Notes under the pieces: generated by a model
The model's input: only the letters and a program-made list of their open reading frames with translations
What the model was told of the DNA's origin: nothing
Databases searched by the model: none
Shown: in pieces, positions 1 through 9,410 of the stretch
Numbering within the stretch: the stretch's first letter is position 1
Layout of the letters: every line of letters begins with the position of its first letter
Source: Thermoproteota archaeon
GTDB taxonomy: Archaea; Korarchaeota; Korarchaeia; Korarchaeales; Korarchaeaceae
DNA length: 36,199 bases
Reading direction: 5' to 3'
NCBI GenBank assembly: GCA_015522685.1
Contig: WALU01000003.1
Coordinates: forward strand, 1 to 36,199
Translations under genes and position numbers: made by a program

Positions 1-297
1 AGAACCGAGATAGTGGACGCTGTGAGGAAGATAGCCATGAAGGTTGCGAGGGGAGAACTTAACCCGGAGAACATAAGCGGAGAAACTATAAGAGCCAATC
101 TCTATGCACCAGATGTACCTGATCCAGATCTGATAATCAGGACTTCTGGAGAGGAGAGACTAAGCAACTTTCTCTTATGGCAATCAGCTTACTCTGAACT
201 TTACTTCTGTGAGGTTTATCTCCCTGAACTTAGAAAAATAGACATTCTAAGGGCTATTAGAGATTATCAGAGGAGGAAGAGGAGATTTGGAAGCTGA
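1..297 (+). CDS. uppS: cis-prenyltransferase (polyprenyl/undecaprenyl diphosphate synthase), 5'-truncated by window edge
   Basis: Frame open from base 1; hallmark motifs [30 protein letters not shown] and C-terminal RxRRFG. Confidence 0.95.
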   Translation, partial: RTEIVDAVRKIAMKVARGELNPENISGETIRANLYAPDVPDPDLIIRTSGEERLSNFLLWQSAYSELYFCEVYLPELRKIDILRAIRDYQRRKRRFGS

Positions 298-1198
298 AAA
301 TTTGAGAGTAGATGTTAATGGAGTGCTCCTTAATCTCAAAACGTTCATTGAAGAGTACAATATAAAGATAGGACTCACAAAGGATGTACCCATAGAAGGA
401 TTGGATAGGAGGCATACACGCCTCATGAGAGTAAAGTTCAGAGATTTTAATGCTTACTTGTTTGAGACGCCCTACATACTCAGATACATGGCACATCCCC
501 ATATAGTTGGAGACTCACTAAGGAATTTGCTGAAGAGAGATATCCTCCTCATAAAGAGAATAATAGAGAAATTCTCGCTTGAGAGATTTGGAAGGCTCGT
601 AGCCATAGACTCAGTTAACGTAGATCTAGGTTTCCCTAAGCTGGAGAACATCAAAAATCCTGAGAATTTAGTGCTAATAGTACTAACTCCCTTAGAATAT
701 AATCTAGAACAGATATATGAGGAAGTGAAGGATAGAGGAGGTAGAATAACAGTGTTCCTCTTCTTAGGTCCAATGAGCAGTGATGATATAAGCAGGCTGG
801 GAGATCTATCCAACTCCCTGGGCTCAGATTCCATTTTCCTATCTAGCGCATTCATTGGAGGGAGGGATTGCTCAGGCAATATATATGCTTATGGACCCGA
901 CATAAACATGTTGAGATCCGGGAAAGTTGTAGAAATTGGTTCTATAATAGACATACACACTCTTTCAAGGCTCCTCAGGGAATATTCGCCCAGCACAGAT
1001 GTTTCCAAACTAAAGAAGAGGCTTTCTGGAGATCCATCTTACTTGGAGGCGACCTTGGAGGACATGATATTCCTGATAGAACAGCCCATCTTCGATCCGT
1101 GGCAGGTAGAGATTCTGCTAAGAGAAGCTAAGAGCCTAAAAAGGCAATTAGAGAGGAACAAGCATGATAGATTTTCCCCTTCTACTTATTCTAAATAG
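287..1198 (+). CDS. hypothetical protein, 303 aa (soluble, alpha/beta pattern)
   Basis: Long ORF overlapping the uppS stop, with a GGAG-rich upstream sequence; no confident family motif. Confidence 0.75.
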   Translation: MEAENLRVDVNGVLLNLKTFIEEYNIKIGLTKDVPIEGLDRRHTRLMRVKFRDFNAYLFETPYILRYMAHPHIVGDSLRNLLKRDILLIKRIIEKFSLERFGRLVAIDSVNVDLGFPKLENIKNPENLVLIVLTPLEYNLEQIYEEVKDRGGRITVFLFLGPMSSDDISRLGDLSNSLGSDSIFLSSAFIGGRDCSGNIYAYGPDINMLRSGKVVEIGSIIDIHTLSRLLREYSPSTDVSKLKKRLSGDPSYLEATLEDMIFLIEQPIFDPWQVEILLREAKSLKRQLERNKHDRFSPSTYSK

Positions 1199-1736
1199 AG
1201 AGGACTTAGAGACTAAGTATGACGATTACATCCTAATCTCTATGAGAATGCAGGGAAAAAAGACCGGAATGGCAATTAAAGGATCTACAGAGAGACTCAT
1301 GGATAAACTTGGCCTCTTAATCCTCGCTAGGTATTCAGTGCATGATAGAAATATTAATGAAGAACTATTTGATCAGGAATTAATCAACATTCTCGAAGAA
1401 GTGGATAAAATAGAAAAAAAGATCGCCCTGACTTCATACCTATTACCGATGATACTACATTCCATAAAGAACCCCTCATCTCTAAATGGTATATGGAAAA
1501 ATTATATATCATCACATAAGAAAATATCCGATAAGATAAAGCAGTTAGGAGCTGAAGCTTTTCTCCATGCCAATGGGGATTATGGACCTTACTTCAATGA
1601 TTTAGATGCGATATGGGATGTTCTACATCCTCTTGATGGGAAGAAGAAACCGATATTATTCAACTATCACCTCTATCCTAAACTCGACCTAAATTCTATG
1701 TTGGAAGGGATTAAGAATGTCTTGCGCCGGAATTGA
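1164..1736 (+). CDS. hypothetical protein with weak uroporphyrinogen decarboxylase/MtaA-like C-terminal segment
   Basis: 190-aa ORF preceded by GAGG; FLHANGDYGPYFNDLDAIWDVLHPLD resembles the URO-D-family HSDG...DDL...DxLHP strands. Confidence 0.55.
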   Translation: MIDFPLLLILNREDLETKYDDYILISMRMQGKKTGMAIKGSTERLMDKLGLLILARYSVHDRNINEELFDQELINILEEVDKIEKKIALTSYLLPMILHSIKNPSSLNGIWKNYISSHKKISDKIKQLGAEAFLHANGDYGPYFNDLDAIWDVLHPLDGKKKPILFNYHLYPKLDLNSMLEGIKNVLRRN

Positions 1737-2325
1737 AAGGGATGCGCCAAAGCTTATAATTTCCCTCAGGAAAAGCTGCAGAGATTTTGATGAGACGCTT
1801 AATCAACTGACGTGGAACTGCCGAACACCCACGAGGAGAGTCGTGCCAAGATATCTACTGATATATATAGGTGACATTGTTGGTAGATCCCTATCGTTAG
1901 ATGACTTCTCGAAGGTTAAGCTATGCTGGTGTGATGTGAATGATAATGGAAAGCTCGTCTTTGCAATTGTCCTGAGCAGGCTGGCAATGGCTTGTCCAGA
2001 GAAGGCTAAGGAGATAGCTAATGGATTGGAAGTATGCGGAGGGTGGCAATTCCTGGCAAAATGGTTTTATCCGATAATCGGAATCTGGAATACTTCCTAT
2101 CTTGATGAGATAGAGGATAGAAAAATATTTCTCCTCAGCTGGGCATGGTACACTAGGTACGTTCCAGAAGATCTTGATCTAGCCATTAATAAGGTGTTAG
2201 CTCGCTCAGAGATTATAGATAAGCCATTAATCATAGCTCTCAAGGAACTCAGGAGGGTAAATGAGAACAGAGTTATAGAGAAGCTGAAAGAAATGCCAGC
2301 CCTGTTTAAGAAAGTAATTCCTTAA
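1717..2325 (+). CDS. hypothetical protein, 202 aa, largely helical, Cys/Trp-rich
   Basis: ORF overlapping the previous gene; no recognisable motif. Confidence 0.65.
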   Translation: MSCAGIERDAPKLIISLRKSCRDFDETLNQLTWNCRTPTRRVVPRYLLIYIGDIVGRSLSLDDFSKVKLCWCDVNDNGKLVFAIVLSRLAMACPEKAKEIANGLEVCGGWQFLAKWFYPIIGIWNTSYLDEIEDRKIFLLSWAWYTRYVPEDLDLAINKVLARSEIIDKPLIIALKELRRVNENRVIEKLKEMPALFKKVIP

Positions 2326-2944
2326 GCAGAAGGGCCTCTTTCAGCGATACCTGTCCCTCAGCTACAGGCTTGTCTAGATATGCATACATGATTGGCGATC
2401 CTAGAAAAGGAGCTATCCTCCTACTAAAGGATCCTTTATTACCCATCGAGAATGCTATCAGTTTTTCCGGCATTATTACTTCTCTATACAGTTTTAATAC
2501 TCTATAAGCGTCAACCTTCCTCTCAGCATAAGTGACAATCTTGGATAATCCACCCAACTTTGTGATGCTGTTAACTAATTGCTTGAGCCTCAATGAATTA
2601 GGAGTACCTGAAGGATCATGCCATGAAACTATTGAATTTGGGAACCTAATCCCCTTAATCGCAAATTCGTACTCAATATCGATGAGCTTAGCCATATGTC
2701 CCAATCTTCTCAGCCAGATGCTTTCTGGCAGCCTGCCTCTACCTCCATGCTTCTTGCTCCTCCATGTTAGGATTGATCTATTGCTGATTTTTTTCACTAA
2801 CTTTCTAATTGATTCCATCTCCGGCAGATCATCCCATATGAGATCTAACCGAAATTCCACCATATCAGATCCATAACTTAGAGCTTTGATTGCATTCTCA
2901 CTAGCTACCTCTGGAGAGCCATAAATGGATGTAACTATAATCAT
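2306..2944 (-). CDS. aroD: type I 3-dehydroquinate dehydratase
   Basis: VEFRLD, LTWRS..HGG, IDIE, VSWHD (catalytic His), SKIV (Schiff-base Lys), FSMG..G..SR, A.GQ motifs. Confidence 0.9.
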   Translation of the reverse strand: MIIVTSIYGSPEVASENAIKALSYGSDMVEFRLDLIWDDLPEMESIRKLVKKISNRSILTWRSKKHGGRGRLPESIWLRRLGHMAKLIDIEYEFAIKGIRFPNSIVSWHDPSGTPNSLRLKQLVNSITKLGGLSKIVTYAERKVDAYRVLKLYREVIMPEKLIAFSMGNKGSFSRRIAPFLGSPIMYAYLDKPVAEGQVSLKEALLLKELLS

Positions 2945-3729
2945 CTCAAGTACGCCATCGCCTCTTCAGGGCTCATCCTTTCGAATATCACGGAAGCTAT
3001 TGCTCTGACCATCTTCTCTGGATTGGAATGTTGGAAGATGTTTCTTCCAAATGCAACTCCTGCTGCTCCAGCCTCAATAGCACCTGCTACCATCTTAAGG
3101 ACGTCTAGATCGTTTTCCACTTTAGGACCACCCGCTATTATTACTGGAATGCTCACACCTCCAGTTACCTCTCTGAAGCTATCCGGATCTCCTGTGTAAG
3201 GAACCTTCACTATATCAGCTCCTAGTTCAGCTCCTACCCTAGCTACATGTGATATAAGCTTAGGATCAAACCTATTTTTCACATTGGGTCCTCTTCCATA
3301 CATCATGGCCAAGAGGGGCATTCCGAACTCATCGCTATCTGCTGCTATCTCACCAAGATCCATGAGCATTGAGGGCTCGCTAACCTCTCCTCCTATGTTG
3401 ATGTGAGCGCTAATACCATCAGCTCCAAGTCTCACAGCCTCCAAAACGTCGGCCACTTTAACTTTCCTGTTAGGTTCGGAACTCAGGGAAGTGCTGCCTG
3501 ATAGATGCAGGAGAACAGGTAAGTAGGCCTTCCTTAGGGATTTAATCATTCCCTTATGAAGGACCATACACGTCGCTCCCCCCCTAGCCACCTTCTCGGC
3601 AATTGAATTGATATCCTTAATTCCCCTAATAGGACCATCAGTAAGTCCGTGATCCATAGGAACGCAGAGGATCTTCCCATTCTTCATAATCCTAGAAAGC
3701 CTTACATCCTTCCCCCACATAAATATCAT
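2941..3729 (-). CDS. aroA': 2-amino-3,7-dideoxy-D-threo-hept-6-ulosonate (ADH) synthase, DhnA-type class I aldolase family
   Basis: PMDHG, HLSGSTSL..PNRKV, GADIVKVPYTGD, IAGGPK, GRNIFQ motifs; 4-nt overlap with aroD. Confidence 0.85.
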   Translation of the reverse strand: MIFMWGKDVRLSRIMKNGKILCVPMDHGLTDGPIRGIKDINSIAEKVARGGATCMVLHKGMIKSLRKAYLPVLLHLSGSTSLSSEPNRKVKVADVLEAVRLGADGISAHINIGGEVSEPSMLMDLGEIAADSDEFGMPLLAMMYGRGPNVKNRFDPKLISHVARVGAELGADIVKVPYTGDPDSFREVTGGVSIPVIIAGGPKVENDLDVLKMVAGAIEAGAAGVAFGRNIFQHSNPEKMVRAIASVIFERMSPEEAMAYLR

Positions 3730-3934
3730 TCTCAGGATTATCTGAATGAATTATAAGAGTCCCTGCAGCGCAAGCTGTAGATATACATCGAAATGCTTCC
3801 GTTGATAATCGAGATAAGTGTAATTCTCCTATCCTAGCCTTGCCTTACATATTATACTCAGCTTGATTAGTGTGAAAGCATTAGAAAGAAAAGAAGAGAG
3901 ATTAAATGAGCAGGTCATCTACAGAATCACTAGC

Positions 3935-5185
3935 CTAAATAAGACCTTTAAACAGCATCTTATCTTTACATTTTTGGCAGTACCATACAAGTTCTGCATA
4001 CTTATCTCCACTATTCTTTCTTATCCTCTCCTCTAAGTTCTTCATCATGCGAACCGTTCCATCAAGAGGCGCTCCACATCCTCTACATCTAGCTATCTCA
4101 TCTCTTGTTACCTCTACAAACTCTCCGCTTCTCAGTAGATGAGGGTTCAGTGCTCTCTCAATTGTTACTGCTTTTTCAGGACATATCTGCCTGCAGGCAT
4201 CGCATCCTATGCATTGCTGATGTGAGAACTCTAATCTTAATTCATCGCCATCTTTAACTATCCTAAGAGCTCTCGAAGGGCATACCCCTGTGCAGGCTCC
4301 ACATAAGGTGCATTCATCACTTACCTCAACTCTGAAATAGTTTAGATGATTAAGTTGGATCCATTCATCCTTATCTGGGAGCATTGATGCTAGGAGACTG
4401 GCTTCTCTAGATGCATAATTGTTGAATCTCTTTATTTCTACAGGTGGTTCGTTTCCTCTAGGGAGAGATTCAAGTTCCTCTAGGTAGGGATCCATCAAAT
4501 TGAGATCTAAAGGAGCGAACTTCTTTCCTTTACTCTCCGCCTCCAAAATTAATATTAGAGGAGCAGATCTTTCCTGAGATCTGAGAACTGCTCCATCTTT
4601 TAACTGGTCTAATTTAGGGAGAGGAGCAGCTGTTAGCTTATCCACTCCCTCTAAAAACTCGCTTAGCCCATACAAAGTAAATCCCGGAGGCCATAAGAAA
4701 CCTGCTGGGCAGCTGTTGATGCATGCCCCACATTCTGTACATTTATTGAGATCTATCCTCACGGGCTTCTCCGGTATAATTGCATGCTCTGGACAACTGT
4801 CAACACATAAGTTGCAGTATCTCAGGGCAGCGCATTCCTTATTAACTATGGGAGCATCCATGTAATCCAAAGAGGCCTTAGCCATTCTATGCAGGAGAAT
4901 TCTCCTCTTTATCTTTTTCTCTCCCTTTATCCTGTAAGGAGCCTTATCTGCTATACTCATATACTTAGCATATTTAAGATAACGTTCAGGATCATCCCAA
5001 CCGGGTGCATAAACTACCTTCAGCCAATTCGCACCGTACTTCCTCAAGGTGATAAGTAGCTCCTTAACTAAGCTGGGCTCTCCTCTAACCACCAGAGTAA
5101 CTCCCTTATCTAGCTGATTAGCTAACTCAAGAGCTAGATCTTCGATATTTCCCTCAACTTCTACAAGCTTCACTTCTCTGGTCAA
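3935..5185 (-). CDS. 4Fe-4S polyferredoxin-like protein with C-terminal CxxC...CxxC motif
   Basis: Four ferredoxin motifs (C-x5-CNLCVDSCP, CTECGACINSCP, CTLCGACTGVCP, CIGCDACRQICP) plus CRGC...CQKC; GAGGAGG SD before TTG. Confidence 0.85.
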   Translation of the reverse strand: MTREVKLVEVEGNIEDLALELANQLDKGVTLVVRGEPSLVKELLITLRKYGANWLKVVYAPGWDDPERYLKYAKYMSIADKAPYRIKGEKKIKRRILLHRMAKASLDYMDAPIVNKECAALRYCNLCVDSCPEHAIIPEKPVRIDLNKCTECGACINSCPAGFLWPPGFTLYGLSEFLEGVDKLTAAPLPKLDQLKDGAVLRSQERSAPLILILEAESKGKKFAPLDLNLMDPYLEELESLPRGNEPPVEIKRFNNYASREASLLASMLPDKDEWIQLNHLNYFRVEVSDECTLCGACTGVCPSRALRIVKDGDELRLEFSHQQCIGCDACRQICPEKAVTIERALNPHLLRSGEFVEVTRDEIARCRGCGAPLDGTVRMMKNLEERIRKNSGDKYAELVWYCQKCKDKMLFKGLI

Positions 5186-5228
5186 GAGCTAAACCTCCTC
5201 AAAAATAGAATGGAATAAATAAAGGTTT

Positions 5229-5666
5229 TTAATCAGCTCCTAACAACACTCTCAATAGAAGCATGGATGCATCTATAACGTCTTTTACCGACAGAACACC
5301 TACAGGCTTCTCTTCCTCATCTACAACAGGTAAATGTGAAATATCAGAATCTCTCATCTTTCTACCTACCTCATCTATCGGATCCCTAGGCTTAGCTGTT
5401 ATTGGATTCTCAGTCATTATATCCCTTATAGGTATCCCCTTACCGCATAGCCCTCTATAACCTGTGTAAAGTATGTCTCTCTGGGTCACTATCCCAACTA
5501 GCTTACTACTCTCATCAACTATTAGCATGCTGCCAACGCTGTTCTCCCACATTAACTTGATAGCATCATCCACTGTTGCTGTTATTGGCAAGGTTATTGG
5601 GGGTTTACTCATTACATCCTCGGCTCTAAGCGGAACTTTTCTTCTGGTCTTCCATATGGGAGACAT
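5229..5666 (-). CDS. CBS domain pair protein
   Basis: VMSKPPITL...LVGIVTQRD and IMTENPIT...HLPVVD...VGVLSVKD. Confidence 0.9.
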   Translation of the reverse strand: MSPIWKTRRKVPLRAEDVMSKPPITLPITATVDDAIKLMWENSVGSMLIVDESSKLVGIVTQRDILYTGYRGLCGKGIPIRDIMTENPITAKPRDPIDEVGRKMRDSDISHLPVVDEEEKPVGVLSVKDVIDASMLLLRVLLGAD

Positions 5667-5833
5667 GATATCACCTGTCCAGCTTAGATCATAATAGCTT
5701 TAAATATCACGATTTTGATCATCTCTCGGCAAAATTTAAAATATCGGTTCATTCGTCAGCAGCTTCCTCCTCCCCACAGTAAAGTTACTAATTAACGTAA
5801 AATGTTAATCTTTATCGAGGTTATCAATTTTCA

Positions 5834-7786
5834 GTGATCGAATTGAATACCCCTAAACTTGCTATCATATTTCTATTAGCTGTGATGCTGATATCTCCCC
5901 TTCAATCATATGCCTCTACCGGCAGGAAAGCCTTCATTAGGGTTCCCGCTGTCTATCAATCAGCGAATGGAGTATCCATGGGGGCTCTAGGAAATCTAAC
6001 AGTCGAAGTTGAATCGGGATCTGGAGAGGTATACTTCTCCGCTGATCCTCTTACTCAAATAGATACTCAAGGTGCAGCAAGAACTGCAGCCTTAGTTGCC
6101 AGCTACATTTTAGGAAAGGATCCCCTCTCCTACAATTTCTACTATAGGCTAGAATCAAATAGCATGATGATAGGAGGGCCTAGCGCTGGTGCTGCAATGA
6201 CCGCAGCAACAATGGCAGCAATACTAGGCATGAACATCAGAAAGGGTATCCTTATAACTGGAATGATCAACCCAGATGGAACTATAGGCCCGGTGGGTGG
6301 TATACCAGAGAAGCTAGAGGCAGTGGCCAAGGGAGGAGCCAAGATATTCCTGATACCTGCTGGACAGAGGATAGTGGAGAGGACTATTCCAAAGGAGGAG
6401 AAGATAGGACCTCTCATCATAACAACAGTTGAGAAGAAGAAAGTAGACTTAATAGATCTCGGAAAGAAGTTGGGTGTCAAGGTAGTAGAGGTAGCAACAA
6501 TATCAGATGCTGTAAAATACCTGATCGGCTTGAAGTTGAAGGCGCCTTCCTCTGCTGAGCCGAAGATACCAAGCAAAGTTAAATCAATACTCATTAAATG
6601 GGTCAATCACTACCTGAACGAGAGTGAATCTATTAGATCAAATGTTAAGAGTAATCTCACGAAGCTCAGCTACCTAGCTAAGAGAGTTGTTAAGAGTGTT
6701 TTAAACAACTCCGAAGACCTATATAAGCAAGCTAAGGATGAAATGAATCAAGGTGAGTATTACACGTCATCTAGCTCTGCCTTTCAATCCACGTACGAGG
6801 CAGAATATGCGAAAGGGCTCCTAGAATATGCGATAGAAGGGCCCAAGGCTGTTGATTCTATGGTATCAAGGGTGAACTCCAAGGTAAATACCATTGGGTC
6901 TAAGCTCAACGCTACAAGGCCCAATAGCTTCAGCTCGCTGGAGGCTCTCATAGCTGCCAAGACTAGGTACTATATGGCTAGAGATGCTCTTAATAAGGGC
7001 GCCCAGCTTGCATCTAAGCAAGTCTACCCTGATTCCTCTGGATGGGGTGCTATACACTGGCTGGCCTATGCTTACTGGAGAGCTGAGACAGCAGAAACTT
7101 GGACATGGTTATTTGGACTAAGCAAGGGCCAGGGAGTTCCCGAAGCTAGGGTGAGGAAAGTAGCTTCAGTCCTTCTCTACGAATCCGAAAGCGTAACATC
7201 ATATGCTCTCAGCCTACTCCAAGATATAGGAGCTTCCTCCAGCCTGCTTAATGAGGCTTCTAATGATCTAAATGATGCAGAAGCGGCATATTCATCGGGT
7301 GATATCTATGGCAGCTTAGGATTGGCTACAAGCTCGCTGGCGAAGGCTACCGCTTCCATACATCAATGGTTCAGCAGTGATCCTATAAATGCTGAAAAGG
7401 CGATCAAGAGCATAAGCTATTCATCAATAAATAACCTACTCTCCAAAGGGATAGTGCCGGTCCTTGCTTTGAGCTACGCTGAAACCGGCAAGATATTTGA
7501 GCAGAAAAATGGTACTTTTAGCTCTATAGTTTACTATGAGCTATCATCGGCCCACGCTCACATGCTTCTCCTTATCTCTAAGGTAAAAAGTAGTGTAAAG
7601 ACTAAAACTGTGACCTCAACATCAATGCCTCAAGGACAGCCCAGTGCAACCCCGTCTGAGACTCCTAAAGCAACTCCCACCTCACAACCCATTGAGGGAA
7701 GGAAGATATCGACTGAAGCTTTGATCTTCATAGTGGGTGCTCTCATCATAGGATTAACTGCAGGATATTTACTAGGAAGGCGATAG
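5834..7786 (+). CDS. secreted, membrane-anchored S16 (Lon proteolytic domain) serine protease
   Basis: N-terminal signal peptide; GGPSAG (Ser) and TGMINPDGTIGPVGGIPEK (Lys) dyad; no AAA+ domain; S/T/P linker and C-terminal TM helix. Confidence 0.9.
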   Translation: MIELNTPKLAIIFLLAVMLISPLQSYASTGRKAFIRVPAVYQSANGVSMGALGNLTVEVESGSGEVYFSADPLTQIDTQGAARTAALVASYILGKDPLSYNFYYRLESNSMMIGGPSAGAAMTAATMAAILGMNIRKGILITGMINPDGTIGPVGGIPEKLEAVAKGGAKIFLIPAGQRIVERTIPKEEKIGPLIITTVEKKKVDLIDLGKKLGVKVVEVATISDAVKYLIGLKLKAPSSAEPKIPSKVKSILIKWVNHYLNESESIRSNVKSNLTKLSYLAKRVVKSVLNNSEDLYKQAKDEMNQGEYYTSSSSAFQSTYEAEYAKGLLEYAIEGPKAVDSMVSRVNSKVNTIGSKLNATRPNSFSSLEALIAAKTRYYMARDALNKGAQLASKQVYPDSSGWGAIHWLAYAYWRAETAETWTWLFGLSKGQGVPEARVRKVASVLLYESESVTSYALSLLQDIGASSSLLNEASNDLNDAEAAYSSGDIYGSLGLATSSLAKATASIHQWFSSDPINAEKAIKSISYSSINNLLSKGIVPVLALSYAETGKIFEQKNGTFSSIVYYELSSAHAHMLLLISKVKSSVKTKTVTSTSMPQGQPSATPSETPKATPTSQPIEGRKISTEALIFIVGALIIGLTAGYLLGRR

Positions 7787-7839
7787 GTGCGTATTACATC
7801 CTCTCCCCTTTTCTTATTACCTCCATCTAGTTACTCTAA

Positions 7840-8058
7840 TTGATGGCTACTATAATGGAAGATCTCACTAAATATGCGAGGGGGAAAAGCTGGATCCTCA
7901 GGAATACTAAATATCTCGAGAGGGACTATAAAGGGAAATACGCTGCTATTTTAGGTGAAACCATAATAGATAGTGATGAGGATAACTACTCCCTACTCCA
8001 AAGGCTATGGGCTAGAGGTCTCTACCCAGGTCCGGTGATAATTCACTTCGTTAAGTGA
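7840..8058 (+). CDS. small DUF5678-like protein
   Basis: W...N...L...YKGKYAAILGETIIDSDED pattern typical of the family. Confidence 0.6.
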   Translation: MMATIMEDLTKYARGKSWILRNTKYLERDYKGKYAAILGETIIDSDEDNYSLLQRLWARGLYPGPVIIHFVK

Positions 8059-8105
8059 GGCATATCAGTGAGTAAACCTTAAATAACAACTTTCTCCTTT
8101 CGTAT

Positions 8106-8591
8106 GTGATGTTCTTACCCAAGAAAGTATTCTTCACGAAGGGAGTTGGAAGGCACGAAGATGCATTGATAAGCTTTGAGCTAGCACTGAGAGATGCCGG
8201 GATTGAGAAGTTTAATCTAGTTCCCGTAAGCAGCATATATCCACCTGGCTGCATTGAAGTCAGTAGAGAGGAAGGATTGAAGGAACTGAGACCAGGTCAA
8301 GTGGTTTTTTTGGTAATGTCTAGATTTACGAGCAATGAAGAAGGCAAAGTTCTATACGCGAGCTTGGGCGTGGCAATACCTGAAGATCTTAGTCTAAATG
8401 GATACCTCACTGAGTATATGGGCTACTGTAAAGAAGATCAGGATATAGGAGAATATGCCGAGGAGAATGCTAAATACATGCTTGAAACGGCATTTGGAAT
8501 AAAACCAGCCAGGACCTTTAATATTACAGCTAAGTCTAAGGTTGAGAAGTCTACAACAGTCATAGCTGCTGCTGTTTTCATAATAATATGA
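8106..8591 (+). CDS. pdaD: pyruvoyl-dependent arginine decarboxylase
   Basis: SFELALRDAGIEKFNLVPVSSIYP with the Ser-Ser autocleavage site; GYLTEY; TTVIAAAVF. Confidence 0.93.
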   Translation: MMFLPKKVFFTKGVGRHEDALISFELALRDAGIEKFNLVPVSSIYPPGCIEVSREEGLKELRPGQVVFLVMSRFTSNEEGKVLYASLGVAIPEDLSLNGYLTEYMGYCKEDQDIGEYAEENAKYMLETAFGIKPARTFNITAKSKVEKSTTVIAAAVFIII

Positions 8592-8633
8592 TATGGTAGA
8601 TAGATATAAGGAGAAGGGGGATGTCCTTAGGCA

Positions 8634-9410
8634 TTAGCTTCTTTCACTAGCTAGTTTCGTGTAAATATAGGCAAGGATCATGGAAAAAGCTATTATTATC
8701 GATGTGAGAGCATTTATCTCTGGACCAACACCTCCTCTCGCTGACTGTGACCATATAACTAGCGGAAGCGTCTGGAATCCTGGTCCTGTCGTGAATGCAG
8801 TCTTTATGAAATCATCAAACGATAGAGTAAATGCTATTAAGGCTGCAGCTGTTATGCCTGGCATAGAAAGTGGAAGAGTTATCTTCACGAAAGTCTGTAC
8901 TTCATTAGCTCCTAAAGTTAGAGAAGCTTCCTCAATAGATCTATTGAATCCCGCCAGCCTAGCCTTTATTATGACATATACAAAAGATATATCAAAGGCT
9001 ATATGCCCTAGTAAAACAGTCAACCAACCAAGCTGGTAGCCGGCGAACTTGTAGAATAAGAGGAGTGAGAGAGATTCAGCTATTTCTGGTATTATTATTG
9101 GTATATAAAGAAGACCATCCACCGCACTCTTTCCACCGACATCGAGTCTGATAACTCCATAGGCAGCAAGAGTGCCAAGAAATAGGGAAACTAAGGTAGT
9201 TACCAAAGCTATATTTAAACTATTGTAAAAAGCATTCCATACAACTCTATCTCCGAGAAGAACATCGTACCATTTCAGTGAGAAGCCAGTGAACTGTCCT
9301 AGCATCTTGGAACTGTTAAATGAGAATACTATTACGATTATTATTGGTATATAAAGAAAAGCATAGACCAGAGCTGAGAAGAAAGCTAAAATACGATCTC
9401 TCATGCTCAT
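8634..9410 (-). CDS. potC: spermidine/putrescine ABC transporter permease
   Basis: FLYIPIIIVIVFSFN, GFSLKWY, EEASLTLGA (EAA loop), FTLSFDDF, PEINAL. Confidence 0.88.
   Translation of the reverse strand: MSMRDRILAFFSALVYAFLYIPIIIVIVFSFNSSKMLGQFTGFSLKWYDVLLGDRVVWNAFYNSLNIALVTTLVSLFLGTLAAYGVIRLDVGGKSAVDGLLYIPIIIPEIAESLSLLLFYKFAGYQLGWLTVLLGHIAFDISFVYVIIKARLAGFNRSIEEASLTLGANEVQTFVKITLPLSMPGITAAALIAFTLSFDDFIKTAFTTGPGFQTLPLVIWSQSARGGVGPEINALTSIIIAFSMILAYIYTKLASERS

Noticed and set aside
2306-2325. 20-nt overlap of convergent 3' ends
   Set aside because: Common in compact archaeal genomes
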